Shown piece after piece: positions 1 through 7,818 of a DNA stretch of 64,000 nt. This DNA is from Candidatus Paceibacter sp. (lineage in GTDB: Bacteria > Patescibacteriota > Minisyncoccia > UBA6257 > JAGOQP01): contig DYGB01000003.1 in NCBI GenBank assembly GCA_020724905.1, forward strand, positions 1,431-65,430. The letters run 5' to 3'. How positions within the stretch are numbered: the stretch's first letter is position 1; each line of letters begins with the position of its first letter. The position numbers and the translations under genes are program-made. Below the pieces are notes generated by a model. It was not told the origin of the DNA. It did not search any database and saw only the letters and a program-made list of their open reading frames with translations.

Positions 1-524
1 AGAAAGAGGGTGTGGTGTTGTTTTGAGATTGGTGAGAGAACAAGATCAAGAGCTTTTTTTCGTGGAATATCTTGTGGTTGAATACCAATACGAATACGAT
101 AAAAGGCATTTGTTTGTAGCATCTGTATAATAGAAGAAACACCATTGTGCCCCGCATCACTCTTTTCAAATGATATTTTATATTCTCCAAGTGCAATATC
201 ATGATCATCATGAATAACAACAAGGTGATCGGGAGAAAACGAGAAAAAGGAGAGGGCACGAGCAAGAGGCTCTCCTGAAGTGTTCATGTAGGAGTTATTT
301 TTTATCAATATTCTGTTATGAGAACATTCCCAAGCAGATACACGATGCTTTGAGGGGAGAGACTTTTTACGAATATGTTCACTATGTGTTTCAAGAATAT
401 AATCAATACAAAGGAACCCTATATTATGATAGGTGTTGGTATAGAGAGGGTCATCATTTCCAATACCAGCAATGATAATTGGTTCTTGAGAGGCTAGAAG
501 TGGGTGCATTTGATTTTTACTCAT
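1..524 (-). CDS. pth: peptidyl-tRNA hydrolase (partial, C-terminus runs off window start)
   Basis: Manual minus-strand translation from ATG at 524-522: MSKNQMHPLLASQEPIIIAGIGN...YMNTSGEPL...VIHDDHDIALGEYKISFEKSDAGHNGVSSI, matching Pth family motifs (NxGF, MNxSG, HDDxD, GHNG). No stop before position 1. Confidence 0.8.
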   Translation of the reverse strand, partial: MSKNQMHPLLASQEPIIIAGIGNDDPLYTNTYHNIGFLCIDYILETHSEHIRKKSLPSKHRVSAWECSHNRILIKNNSYMNTSGEPLARALSFFSFSPDHLVVIHDDHDIALGEYKISFEKSDAGHNGVSSIIQMLQTNAFYRIRIGIQPQDIPRKKALDLVLSPISKQHHTLF

Positions 525-561
525 ATTCTCTGTAATATTACCACAAAATCCCAAAACAACT

Positions 562-1119
562 ATGAAAAAGTTTATTCACGCAGTATGGGAGGTTGCTGAA
601 GTCTTTATTATTGCATTTATTGCAGTGGCGGCAATCAAATACTTTCTTATACAACCCTTTATTGTTAATGGAGCAAGTATGGAGCCCTCATTTTATGATG
701 GTGATTACTTACTCGTTGATGAAATTAGTTATCGATTCTCAGATCCTCAAAGAGGGGATGTAGTGGTGTTTCATTCCCCAGATGATTCTTCTATCTACTA
801 TATTAAACGTATTATTGGGCTTCCTGGAGAAACCCTACAGATACAAGGAAATGATATTGATGTGTACAAGGACACAGAAAAACTTCTCACCCTTAATGAG
901 GTCTATATTCCAGAACGTATTCAGGCACAGTGGTCTGCTGATATGGAGATTACCCTTGGAGAGGAAGAATACTTCGTTATGGGAGATAATCGTGTGAATA
1001 GTAGGGATTCTCGATCGTGGGGCCCACTGCATGAAGAAAGTATTATTGGACTGGTCAAGGTTCGTCTCTGGCCATTTTCTCACGTCACATTTTTTAACAC
1101 TCCTTCCTATGCCTATTAA
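562..1119 (+). CDS. lepB: signal peptidase I
   Basis: GASMEPSF, RGDVVVF, YIKRIIGLPGE, GDNRVNSRDSR motifs of S26 signal peptidase. Confidence 0.9.
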   Translation: MKKFIHAVWEVAEVFIIAFIAVAAIKYFLIQPFIVNGASMEPSFYDGDYLLVDEISYRFSDPQRGDVVVFHSPDDSSIYYIKRIIGLPGETLQIQGNDIDVYKDTEKLLTLNEVYIPERIQAQWSADMEITLGEEEYFVMGDNRVNSRDSRSWGPLHEESIIGLVKVRLWPFSHVTFFNTPSYAY

Positions 1120-1195
1120 AATTCCAAAGGCACAAAAAAAGAAAGAAAAAAAGGTATCATCACGGAAAAAGTTTCTCTTTTCCTCTCCTCGAGGA

Positions 1196-2440
1196 ATGCA
1201 TGATTTATTCAAAAAAGATTTTGAGTATCGAGATAAAATAGAACAAGCAACAAAAAAAGTAGCTTCCTTTTATGGATTTGATCGGATAGAAACACCAATA
1301 CTTGAAGATGCAAAAATATTTGAGCGAGGGACAGGGTTGAGTTCTGAGGTGGTTTCAAAACAGATGTTCTATGCAAAGTCTCGAGGAAGTGAGGGGAGGC
1401 TTGCGCTTCGTCCTGAAATGACCCCTGGAGTACTTCGTGCCTATATACAAAAAGGACTTCAACAGGTACTTGTTCCCGGGAAGTTTTTCTACATCAGTCC
1501 TTTATTTCGATATGAACGTCCACAAGCAGGACGATTTCGTCAATTCTGGCAACTTGGATTTGAGGTGATACAGAGCCCTCAGGCTATTTATGATGCTCAG
1601 ATTATTATCGCGACATACAAAATATGTCAGGAATTACATATCAAAAATCCTATCATCAAGATTAACAGTATTGGAGGAAGATTGAGCAGAAATGGATATA
1701 TAAAGAAGCTCAAAGACTACTATCGAGGAAAAACAACAAAGATGTGTAAGGATTGTCAGAAACGATATAAAGACAATCCACTGCGTATGCTTGATTGTAA
1801 GAATGAACGATGTCAGGTATTTAAAGATGAAGCCCCACAAGCAATAGATGCTCTTGTTGGAGAGGATAGGAATCACTTCAAACAGGTACTTGAGTATCTT
1901 GATGAGGTTGAAATTCCCTACCTTATTGATCACGCATTAGTACGAGGTCTTGATTACTACACACGAACCGTATTTGAAATATTTAGTGAAAACTATGACG
2001 CTGCTCTTGGAGGAGGAGGTCGCTATGACTACCTTTCTGAGACACTTGGGGGTCCAAAGATGGCAGGGGTTGGTTCTGCGATGGGGATAGAGCGTATTAT
2101 TGATATCCTCAAAGAACAAGAAAAACCACGAAAGACATCACAAAAAAGACAAGGAATTTTTCTGGTACAGATGGGTCAGGAAGCAAAGAAACGATCCTTA
2201 AGAATTCTTGAACTGTTGTATGAAGCAAGAATTCCGATAAAAGAATCATTTACAAAAGATTCTATGAAAGCGCAACTGAAGGCAGCTGATAAAGAAGGGT
2301 CTCGATTTGCGCTTATTTTAGGGCAACGAGAAGTTTTTGAAGATACAATACTACTTCGTGATATGAAAACGGGAAATCAAGAAGTGGTTGCCTGTGAAAA
2401 GCTTGTATCCGAAGTGAAAAAAAGATTGAAAAAGAAATAG
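1196..2440 (+). CDS. hisS: histidyl-tRNA synthetase
   Basis: Class II aaRS HisS motifs (MHDLF start, FYGFDRIETPILE, RPQAGRFRQFWQ, GGGRYD). The ORF is listed from 1031 overlapping lepB; the likely true start is the ATG at 1196. Confidence 0.9.
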   Translation: MHDLFKKDFEYRDKIEQATKKVASFYGFDRIETPILEDAKIFERGTGLSSEVVSKQMFYAKSRGSEGRLALRPEMTPGVLRAYIQKGLQQVLVPGKFFYISPLFRYERPQAGRFRQFWQLGFEVIQSPQAIYDAQIIIATYKICQELHIKNPIIKINSIGGRLSRNGYIKKLKDYYRGKTTKMCKDCQKRYKDNPLRMLDCKNERCQVFKDEAPQAIDALVGEDRNHFKQVLEYLDEVEIPYLIDHALVRGLDYYTRTVFEIFSENYDAALGGGGRYDYLSETLGGPKMAGVGSAMGIERIIDILKEQEKPRKTSQKRQGIFLVQMGQEAKKRSLRILELLYEARIPIKESFTKDSMKAQLKAADKEGSRFALILGQREVFEDTILLRDMKTGNQEVVACEKLVSEVKKRLKKK

Positions 2441-2441
2441 T

Positions 2442-2852
2442 ATGGATTGTTTGTTTTGTAATATCATTAAAGGAGATATTCCTGCATATACGATTCATTC
2501 AGATGCATCAAGTATCGCATTTCTAGATATTCATCCACAGTCTTTAGGGCATACTGTTATTATTCCTCCTCGTCACATGGAAACAGTTCTTGATATGGAG
2601 GAGTCTGAAGTCGAAGGGTACTGGAAGGGAGTGAAAAAGACGCTAAGTATTCTTAAAGAGCATCTGAAGGCAGATGGATTTACAATTGGAATCAATCATG
2701 GTAAGGTAAGCGGACAATCTATCAACCATCTTCATTGTCATATCATTCCTCGCTATGAAGGAGATAGGGGAGGATCGATACATAGTGTAGTATCATATCC
2801 TTCCAATGAAACGGTTGAGGATCTGTATCAAAGAATAATTACACATATATGA
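2442..2852 (+). CDS. HIT-family (histidine triad) protein
   Basis: HLHCHIIPR histidine-triad motif; TGA stop. Confidence 0.85.
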   Translation: MDCLFCNIIKGDIPAYTIHSDASSIAFLDIHPQSLGHTVIIPPRHMETVLDMEESEVEGYWKGVKKTLSILKEHLKADGFTIGINHGKVSGQSINHLHCHIIPRYEGDRGGSIHSVVSYPSNETVEDLYQRIITHI

Positions 2853-3058
2853 TTGAAGTAAAAAGAAAAGAGGGAGAATCTTCAAATGCATTCCTGTATC
2901 GTTTTACAAAGAAAATACAACAATCAGGACTCTTAAAAGAAGCTCGTCGAAAACGATTTCATCTTCGAAAGGAGAATAAGAGAGCAAAGAAAGAAGCAAC
3001 ACTCTATCGCATTGATAAGAAGCAAGAGATCGATCGATTGAGAAAGTTAGGACGATAA
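2849..3058 (+). CDS. rpsU: 30S ribosomal protein S21
   Basis: KRKEGESSNAFLYRFTKKIQQSGLLKEARRKRFHLRKENKRAKKEA typical S21. Confidence 0.85.
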   Translation: MIEVKRKEGESSNAFLYRFTKKIQQSGLLKEARRKRFHLRKENKRAKKEATLYRIDKKQEIDRLRKLGR

Positions 3059-3061
3059 CCT

Positions 3062-3517
3062 ATGGAGCATATTGAAGCGTATCTGGAAGAAACCCTCAAG
3101 ATAGCCCTTAAAGAACACGACAGCCACACAGCTGAGATTGTTCGTGGGCTTCGTTCTGTTATTCATAATGCAAGGATTGAGGCGCGAGAGAGAGGGGGTG
3201 AGATAGAAGACAGTGATATTATTGTCTTACTGAAGCGTGAACTTAAAAAGAGACATGAGTCAGCAGAGATGTTTGAAAAAGGTGGTGCAACAGAGCGGGC
3301 AGAAAAAGAGAAAAAGGAAGCAGTCTTTATTGAAACATTACTTCCTCCACAGCTTTCTCAAGAAGCACTTGAAGCTATTGTGCAGACAGTTCTACAAGAA
3401 CATCCTGACGCAACACAAAAAGATATGGGTATGCTTATAAAAGCAGTACTAGAGAAAGCAGAGGATGGAGCTGATGGAAAACGTGTTAGTGAAATGGTAA
3501 AAAACCATCTCTCATAA
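3062..3517 (+). CDS. GatB/YqeY-domain protein
   Basis: YqeY-like helical protein pattern (LKEHDSHTAEIVRGLRSVI...LLKRELKKRHESAEMFEKGG). Confidence 0.75.
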   Translation: MEHIEAYLEETLKIALKEHDSHTAEIVRGLRSVIHNARIEARERGGEIEDSDIIVLLKRELKKRHESAEMFEKGGATERAEKEKKEAVFIETLLPPQLSQEALEAIVQTVLQEHPDATQKDMGMLIKAVLEKAEDGADGKRVSEMVKNHLS

Positions 3518-3521
3518 TGTT

Positions 3522-3935
3522 ATGGGAAATATCATAGAAGTGTATACTCAGAAAAAAGAGTATGAGCGTGAAATTCCTACAGCAAAAAAATATATAACAG
3601 CGCTGTTTCAATATTTCCACATAAAGAACGCACATCTTGCGCTCTTTTTTGTTTCTCCTCAAAAAATGAGGGTGTTAAATAGGAAGTTTCGAGGGAAAGA
3701 TAAGACAACAAATGTCCTTACCTTTGTAGAGCCATCTGATTTTATCCATTCTTCAAAAAGAACACATCTGGGGGAACTCTATATAAATCTTGAGTATATA
3801 AAAAAACACAACCAATCGTTAGTACACATGATTGTACATGGATTTCTTCATATACAGGGGTATGACCACAAGAACGATAAAGAAGAAAAGGAGATGGTGA
3901 CAAAGGAGGGGGAAGTCTTGACTTTTATTGGGTAA
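3522..3935 (+). CDS. ybeY: rRNA maturation endoribonuclease YbeY
   Basis: HGFLHIQGYDH metal-binding motif (H..H..GYDH). Confidence 0.85.
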   Translation: MGNIIEVYTQKKEYEREIPTAKKYITALFQYFHIKNAHLALFFVSPQKMRVLNRKFRGKDKTTNVLTFVEPSDFIHSSKRTHLGELYINLEYIKKHNQSLVHMIVHGFLHIQGYDHKNDKEEKEMVTKEGEVLTFIG

Positions 3936-4029
3936 TATAGTATAATACTATTGTGAACATTAACATTCTACTTAGAGCCTTTGAAAAAGAGTAAAGGGTA
4001 GAGAGTAGAAAAATAAAAGGAGCTATATC

Positions 4030-4674
4030 ATGAAAAAATCAGCAATGATTTCAGGAATGAATTTCGGAAGTGAATTTTTAACAAGTCTGTATAAATCTGT
4101 CTTAAAGGCAGGTGGTACAGAGGAAGACATCTACAACAAGTGCAAAACAGGGAGCTCATTGTTTGAAAAATGGGCAAAGGATATTGTAGAAAACAAAAAA
4201 TCCTATCAACACCTCACAGTCATTGACCAAAATATCCAAATTCCCAAAGCAACCTTCAACAAAGATGAATTCTTCTCTCAAAAATTCATCTGGATGTCAC
4301 CTTCATTTCAGAAAGATATTCTTCCTGAAATAGAACAAGAAATTACTTCTGCTGACTACACCCTTACCTCTCTTAAACTCAACCATCCTCTTTCTAATCA
4401 CGAAATCAGAAAAGACCTTGGAGAAGATGAGGTAGTATCACCTCATCAATGGGCACAAGAACAGTGTGCATTGATAAATACACAATCCCAAGGAAAACCC
4501 GGTTCACTGCTTGTTAACGGATATGCAAATATTCGTTACGTACAACTCAGTAATGGAACAACCCTTGCTGTGTTCGTGCTCTGGGATGCGAATGCTCGCC
4601 AGTGGGACTGCGACACGTGGGAGTTGGACGATGATGGTTGGGATACCGAGTTCAGATTTTTGGCTAGGAGCTAG
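4030..4674 (+). CDS. DGR target protein (C-terminal variable region, likely C-type-lectin-like ligand-binding fold)
   Basis: 214-aa ORF with a good SD (AAGGAG 8 nt upstream). The last ~35 codons (AVFVLWDANARQWDCDTWELDDDGWDTEFRFLARS) are the VR copy. No obvious signal peptide. Confidence 0.8.
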   Translation: MKKSAMISGMNFGSEFLTSLYKSVLKAGGTEEDIYNKCKTGSSLFEKWAKDIVENKKSYQHLTVIDQNIQIPKATFNKDEFFSQKFIWMSPSFQKDILPEIEQEITSADYTLTSLKLNHPLSNHEIRKDLGEDEVVSPHQWAQEQCALINTQSQGKPGSLLVNGYANIRYVQLSNGTTLAVFVLWDANARQWDCDTWELDDDGWDTEFRFLARS

Positions 4675-4676
4675 TT
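4565..4676 (+). repeat. DGR variable repeat (VR)
   Basis: ~110-bp near-repeat of 4999-5109. 16 differences in the ~102-bp core, all where the TR has A (TR AAC/AAT codons become TTC, CTC, GAT, GAC, GGT etc.). No differences at C/G/T positions until the 3' boundary. Confidence 0.85.
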
Positions 4677-4733
4677 CTTAATCTTATCTCCTTATATCCT
4701 TTTCTTGCTTTTTCTCTTTTCCCCTTTTTCTTA

Positions 4734-4761
4734 TTCCCTCTTTTCATATGAAAAGAGGGAA
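4734..4761 (+). other. perfect 11-bp-stem hairpin (ttccctctttt/aaaagagggaa, 6-nt loop) ~60 bp downstream of VR; terminator of target gene and/or DGR homing-associated cruciform
   Basis: Inverted repeat read directly; follows a ~60-nt polypyrimidine tract (4676-4733). Confidence 0.5.
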
Positions 4762-4998
4762 TTTTAATATATACTTAAATTAAGATTTTTAACATTGTTT
4801 TGGTTACGACTAATACAGGAGATCTTCTTGTAAATATATACTGAGATTTTTAACGGACATGTCTGTTAAAAGGGTAGATGTATGTACATGTAAAAAATAA
4901 AACTAGCTCGTACATAATTCTAATGAGTAAAAAAACTCAGCATACGATACAACAATGAGAACATTCGAATTGTGGTGAAAAGGAGGGGATTATGTATT

Positions 4999-5109
4999 TT
5001 GCTGTGAACGTGAACTGGAATGCGAATGATCACCAGTGGAACTGCAACACGTGGAAGTTGGACGATAATGATTGGAATACCGAGAACAGATTTTTGGCTA
5101 GACGCTTGT
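4999..5109 (+). repeat. DGR template repeat (TR)
   Basis: Invariant copy rich in AAC/AAT codons (AVNVNWNANDHQWNCNTWKLDDNDWNTENR in VR frame). Preceded by AGGAGG+ATG, but presumably it functions as an RNA template rather than a coding gene. Confidence 0.85.
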
Positions 5110-5110
5110 T

Positions 5111-5490
5111 TTATTCCTCTCTTCTTCTTTGAAGGGAGGTTTTTGTTTTTCTACTCCATCCATAGAGCATTCTTCCAATCTCAAGAAGTTGTTCTGAAAG
5201 GTGTGTGTACAAAGAATGAGATATGCATTTTTCTTCCCAGGCAAGCTGGAGAAAGAATTTTAGTGTATCGAGTGTTGCAAGGGCAGATTCAATTGTGGCT
5301 AGCTTATCTTGAGGTGGAAGATGAAGAGATATAAATATGGATTCTAATAAATTTAGAAAAGAGTTCTCTATTCTACTTCCAAGTGTATAACGATAGACCT
5401 TTGGAAAATTTTTAAAACATAAAAACCATGCGCTGTATGCATGTTTTGTCTTATATATGATAGACGGTTCTTGCGGGGGGGGGTATTCAT
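5111..5490 (-). CDS. avd: Avd-like accessory variability determinant (four-helix-bundle protein), start disrupted or shifted at a poly-C tract
   Basis: Manual minus-strand translation ...YKTKHAYSAWFLCFKNFPKVYRYTLGSRIENSFLNLLESIFISL...LATIESALATLDTLKFFLQLAWEEKCISHSLYTHLSEQLLEIGRMLYGWSRKTK* matches the Avd / TIGR02436 four-helix-bundle pattern (FPK.eRY.L.sqi, El.eiGkmL.GW). The only upstream ATG (5490-5488) is +1 out of frame across a C9 run (plus-strand G9 at 5475-5483). Confidence 0.55.
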
Positions 5491-6481
5491 GGAAATATTA
5501 CACAATATGTTTAATAGTATAACGTCTCTTGAAAATATATTGCAGGCGTGGTCTGAGTTTAGCAAAGGAAAAAGGAAGAGGAAAGACGTTCAAGAATTTT
5601 CAGTAACATTATTTGATAATATATTTCTTCTTCATAAAGACCTTGTGAATCAAAGGTATGCACATGGTCCATATGAACATTTTAGAATATGTGATCCAAA
5701 ACCAAGGGATATTCATAAGGCTTCTGTAAGGGATCGTATTGTTCATAGAGCTGTATACAGAATTCTGTATCCATATTTTGATAAAACATTTATTTCTGAT
5801 TCGTATTCATGTAGAAATAAAAAAGGGACACACAAGGCTTTAAGACAATTTGAGTCGTATGTGAATAAGGTTACAAAAAATAACACAAAACAATGCTGGG
5901 TTTTGAAATGTGATATAAGAAAATTCTTTGCAACAATTGACCATAAAATTCTTTTAAACATAATACGCAGAGATAGTATTGATGAAAAAACTATGATGAT
6001 ATGTGGGGAGATTATTAAGAGCTTTTCGTATTATTCTGGGAAAGGGCTCCCGCTTGGAAATTTAACATCACAACTGTTTTCTAATATCTATATGAATGAG
6101 TTGGATAAATGTATAAAACATATCCTTAAAATAAAATATTACATTCGATATGCTGATGATTTTATTATTTTAGATAATGACTATAAAAAACTAGAATACA
6201 TAGTGAATGAGATTCAATCGTTTCTTTTAAAAGATCTTAGGTTAGAGTTACATCCTCAAAAGATCTTTATAAAAACTATTTATTCGGGAGTGGATTTTCT
6301 CGGGTGGGTTCATTTTGTTGATCATCGAGTTCTACGCACAAGTACAAAAAGAAGAATGTTTTCAAACACAAGAAATAACAATAAAAAAGAATCATACTAT
6401 TCATATAAAGGGCTTCTTTCTCACGGGAATGCATATAAACTTGCAAGAGAACTAGAGAGGATAAAAGATAATCCCCTATAA
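5489..6481 (+). CDS. DGR reverse transcriptase
   Basis: Group II-like RT domains 0-7 (LENILQAWSEF..., PRDIHKASVRDRIVHRAV, CDIRKFFATIDH, YADD) with LGNLTSQ in place of the group II QGxxxSP, the DGR RT hallmark. No maturase or endonuclease domain (~330 aa). The ORF is listed from 5441; the likely start is Met at 5489 (MEILHNMF). Confidence 0.85.
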   Translation: MEILHNMFNSITSLENILQAWSEFSKGKRKRKDVQEFSVTLFDNIFLLHKDLVNQRYAHGPYEHFRICDPKPRDIHKASVRDRIVHRAVYRILYPYFDKTFISDSYSCRNKKGTHKALRQFESYVNKVTKNNTKQCWVLKCDIRKFFATIDHKILLNIIRRDSIDEKTMMICGEIIKSFSYYSGKGLPLGNLTSQLFSNIYMNELDKCIKHILKIKYYIRYADDFIILDNDYKKLEYIVNEIQSFLLKDLRLELHPQKIFIKTIYSGVDFLGWVHFVDHRVLRTSTKRRMFSNTRNNNKKESYYSYKGLLSHGNAYKLARELERIKDNPL

Positions 6482-6550
6482 TTTGCTCTTGACCCATTTT
6501 TCCTTTAGAATGGAGTACACAGAGTAACGAGATTCTTTCTATTTATATCT

Positions 6551-7813
6551 ATGTTTATTACCGCACTTGACTTAGGATCATCCACGATAAAAGGGGTTAT
6601 TGCCCAACAGAGAAAAGATGGTTCTGTTGTGTTTGTAAAGACGATAAAGAAGGAATCAAAGGGAATAAAGAGGGGAGATATTCAGTATCCAAATGAAACA
6701 GTAAAAGCACTCTCTGATGTCCTTAACGAAATTCGTCATTTTGAAAAGAAAGCTCTTAAGAATCTTGTGATAGGACTTTCTAGTACAAAAACTGGATTTC
6801 ATCTTTCTCGTGCTGCCGTTTCAATTCCTCGTCCTGATTTTGAAATTATTCAAGAAGATGTAGAACGAGTACTTCAAGAATCAACTGCAGTTAATATTCC
6901 TCCAGGATGGCAGATTCTTCACTCACTTCCTCGTGAGTTTGTTATCGATGGTATTGAAGTTGATGATACTGATGTGGTGGGACTTTCAGGGAAAAAACTA
7001 GAAGTGAATGTTGTTCTTATTACTGCATTTTCTTCAGTGTATAAAAACTTTCTTAAAGTATCCCAACTTCTTTTTGGAAAGAAGGCAGGACTTGCAGGAA
7101 CATTGGTATTCACTCCTCTTGCTTCAGAACGTGCTGTACTCACAAAGAATCAGCGAGAACTTGGTGTTGCAATGGTTGATATTGGATTTGGGACAACAAG
7201 TATTGTGGTATATCAAGATGGAAGAATGTTGCTTTCAAAAGTACTCCCTATTGGGGCAGGAAATATCACCAATGATATAGCGATTGGATTGAAATGTTCA
7301 GTATCTGTTGCTGAGAAGATAAAGCGCTCATATGGATGTGCGTATGCTCGGGATATTTCAGTAAAAGAGAAAATTGATCTATCTGAATATGATGAAAATC
7401 TGTCATCAAATATATCACGACGATATGTTGCTGAAATTATCGAAGCACGGGTACGAGAGATTTTTTCCCTTGTTGATGCTGAACTAAAAGGAATAGCAAA
7501 AGCAGGAAAGCTCCCAGCAGGAGCAGTACTGGTTGGGGGAGGGGCTCGTCTTTCAGGTATCGTTGATATTGCACGAGATGAACTAAGGTTCCCTGCACAG
7601 GTTGGATTTCCTAATACTGAAGAATATGAAACGTCTCATGGGAGCGTTGCTGACAATCTTGATGCCCCTGAAATGGTGGGAGCATGCGGTCTTATTTTCA
7701 CCAAAACTGATACGACATCAAAGCACAGACCATCAATATTTCCTTCACAACAGAAGGAGGAATATGGATCGTGGATTAAAAAAATCTTTGCTATAGTAAA
7801 AGCATCTGAATAA
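6551..7813 (+). CDS. ftsA: cell division protein FtsA
   Basis: Actin-like ATPase, MFITALDLGSSTIKGVI, VDIGFGTTSIVVYQDG. Confidence 0.9.
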   Translation: MFITALDLGSSTIKGVIAQQRKDGSVVFVKTIKKESKGIKRGDIQYPNETVKALSDVLNEIRHFEKKALKNLVIGLSSTKTGFHLSRAAVSIPRPDFEIIQEDVERVLQESTAVNIPPGWQILHSLPREFVIDGIEVDDTDVVGLSGKKLEVNVVLITAFSSVYKNFLKVSQLLFGKKAGLAGTLVFTPLASERAVLTKNQRELGVAMVDIGFGTTSIVVYQDGRMLLSKVLPIGAGNITNDIAIGLKCSVSVAEKIKRSYGCAYARDISVKEKIDLSEYDENLSSNISRRYVAEIIEARVREIFSLVDAELKGIAKAGKLPAGAVLVGGGARLSGIVDIARDELRFPAQVGFPNTEEYETSHGSVADNLDAPEMVGACGLIFTKTDTTSKHRPSIFPSQQKEEYGSWIKKIFAIVKASE

Positions 7814-7818
7814 TACCT

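Larger units (their letters stand above)
4030..6481 (+). mobile_element. diversity-generating retroelement cassette (target gene with VR, TR, avd-like gene on minus strand, DGR reverse transcriptase)
   Basis: VR/TR pair with adenine-specific differences plus an RT carrying the DGR-type LGNLTSQ motif. Inserted between ybeY and ftsA. Confidence 0.85.

Noticed and set aside
835-2498. Antisense ORFs inside lepB and hisS (835-1212, 1634-1933, 1937-2119, 2313-2498)
   Set aside because: They overlap well-supported housekeeping genes on the opposite strand and have no motifs.
4992-5132. TR read as a real 46-aa protein gene (it has AGGAGG + ATG and is in the VR frame)
   Set aside because: It is an Asn-codon-rich copy of the target gene's C-terminus with no N-terminal domain. 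DGR biology explains it as the RNA template, so it is probably not a coding gene.
5020-5334. 104-aa plus-strand ORF overlapping the TR and the TR-RT spacer
   Set aside because: The first third is just an alternative frame of the TR. The rest is antisense to a much better Avd-like reading frame. No recognisable motifs. Judged spurious.
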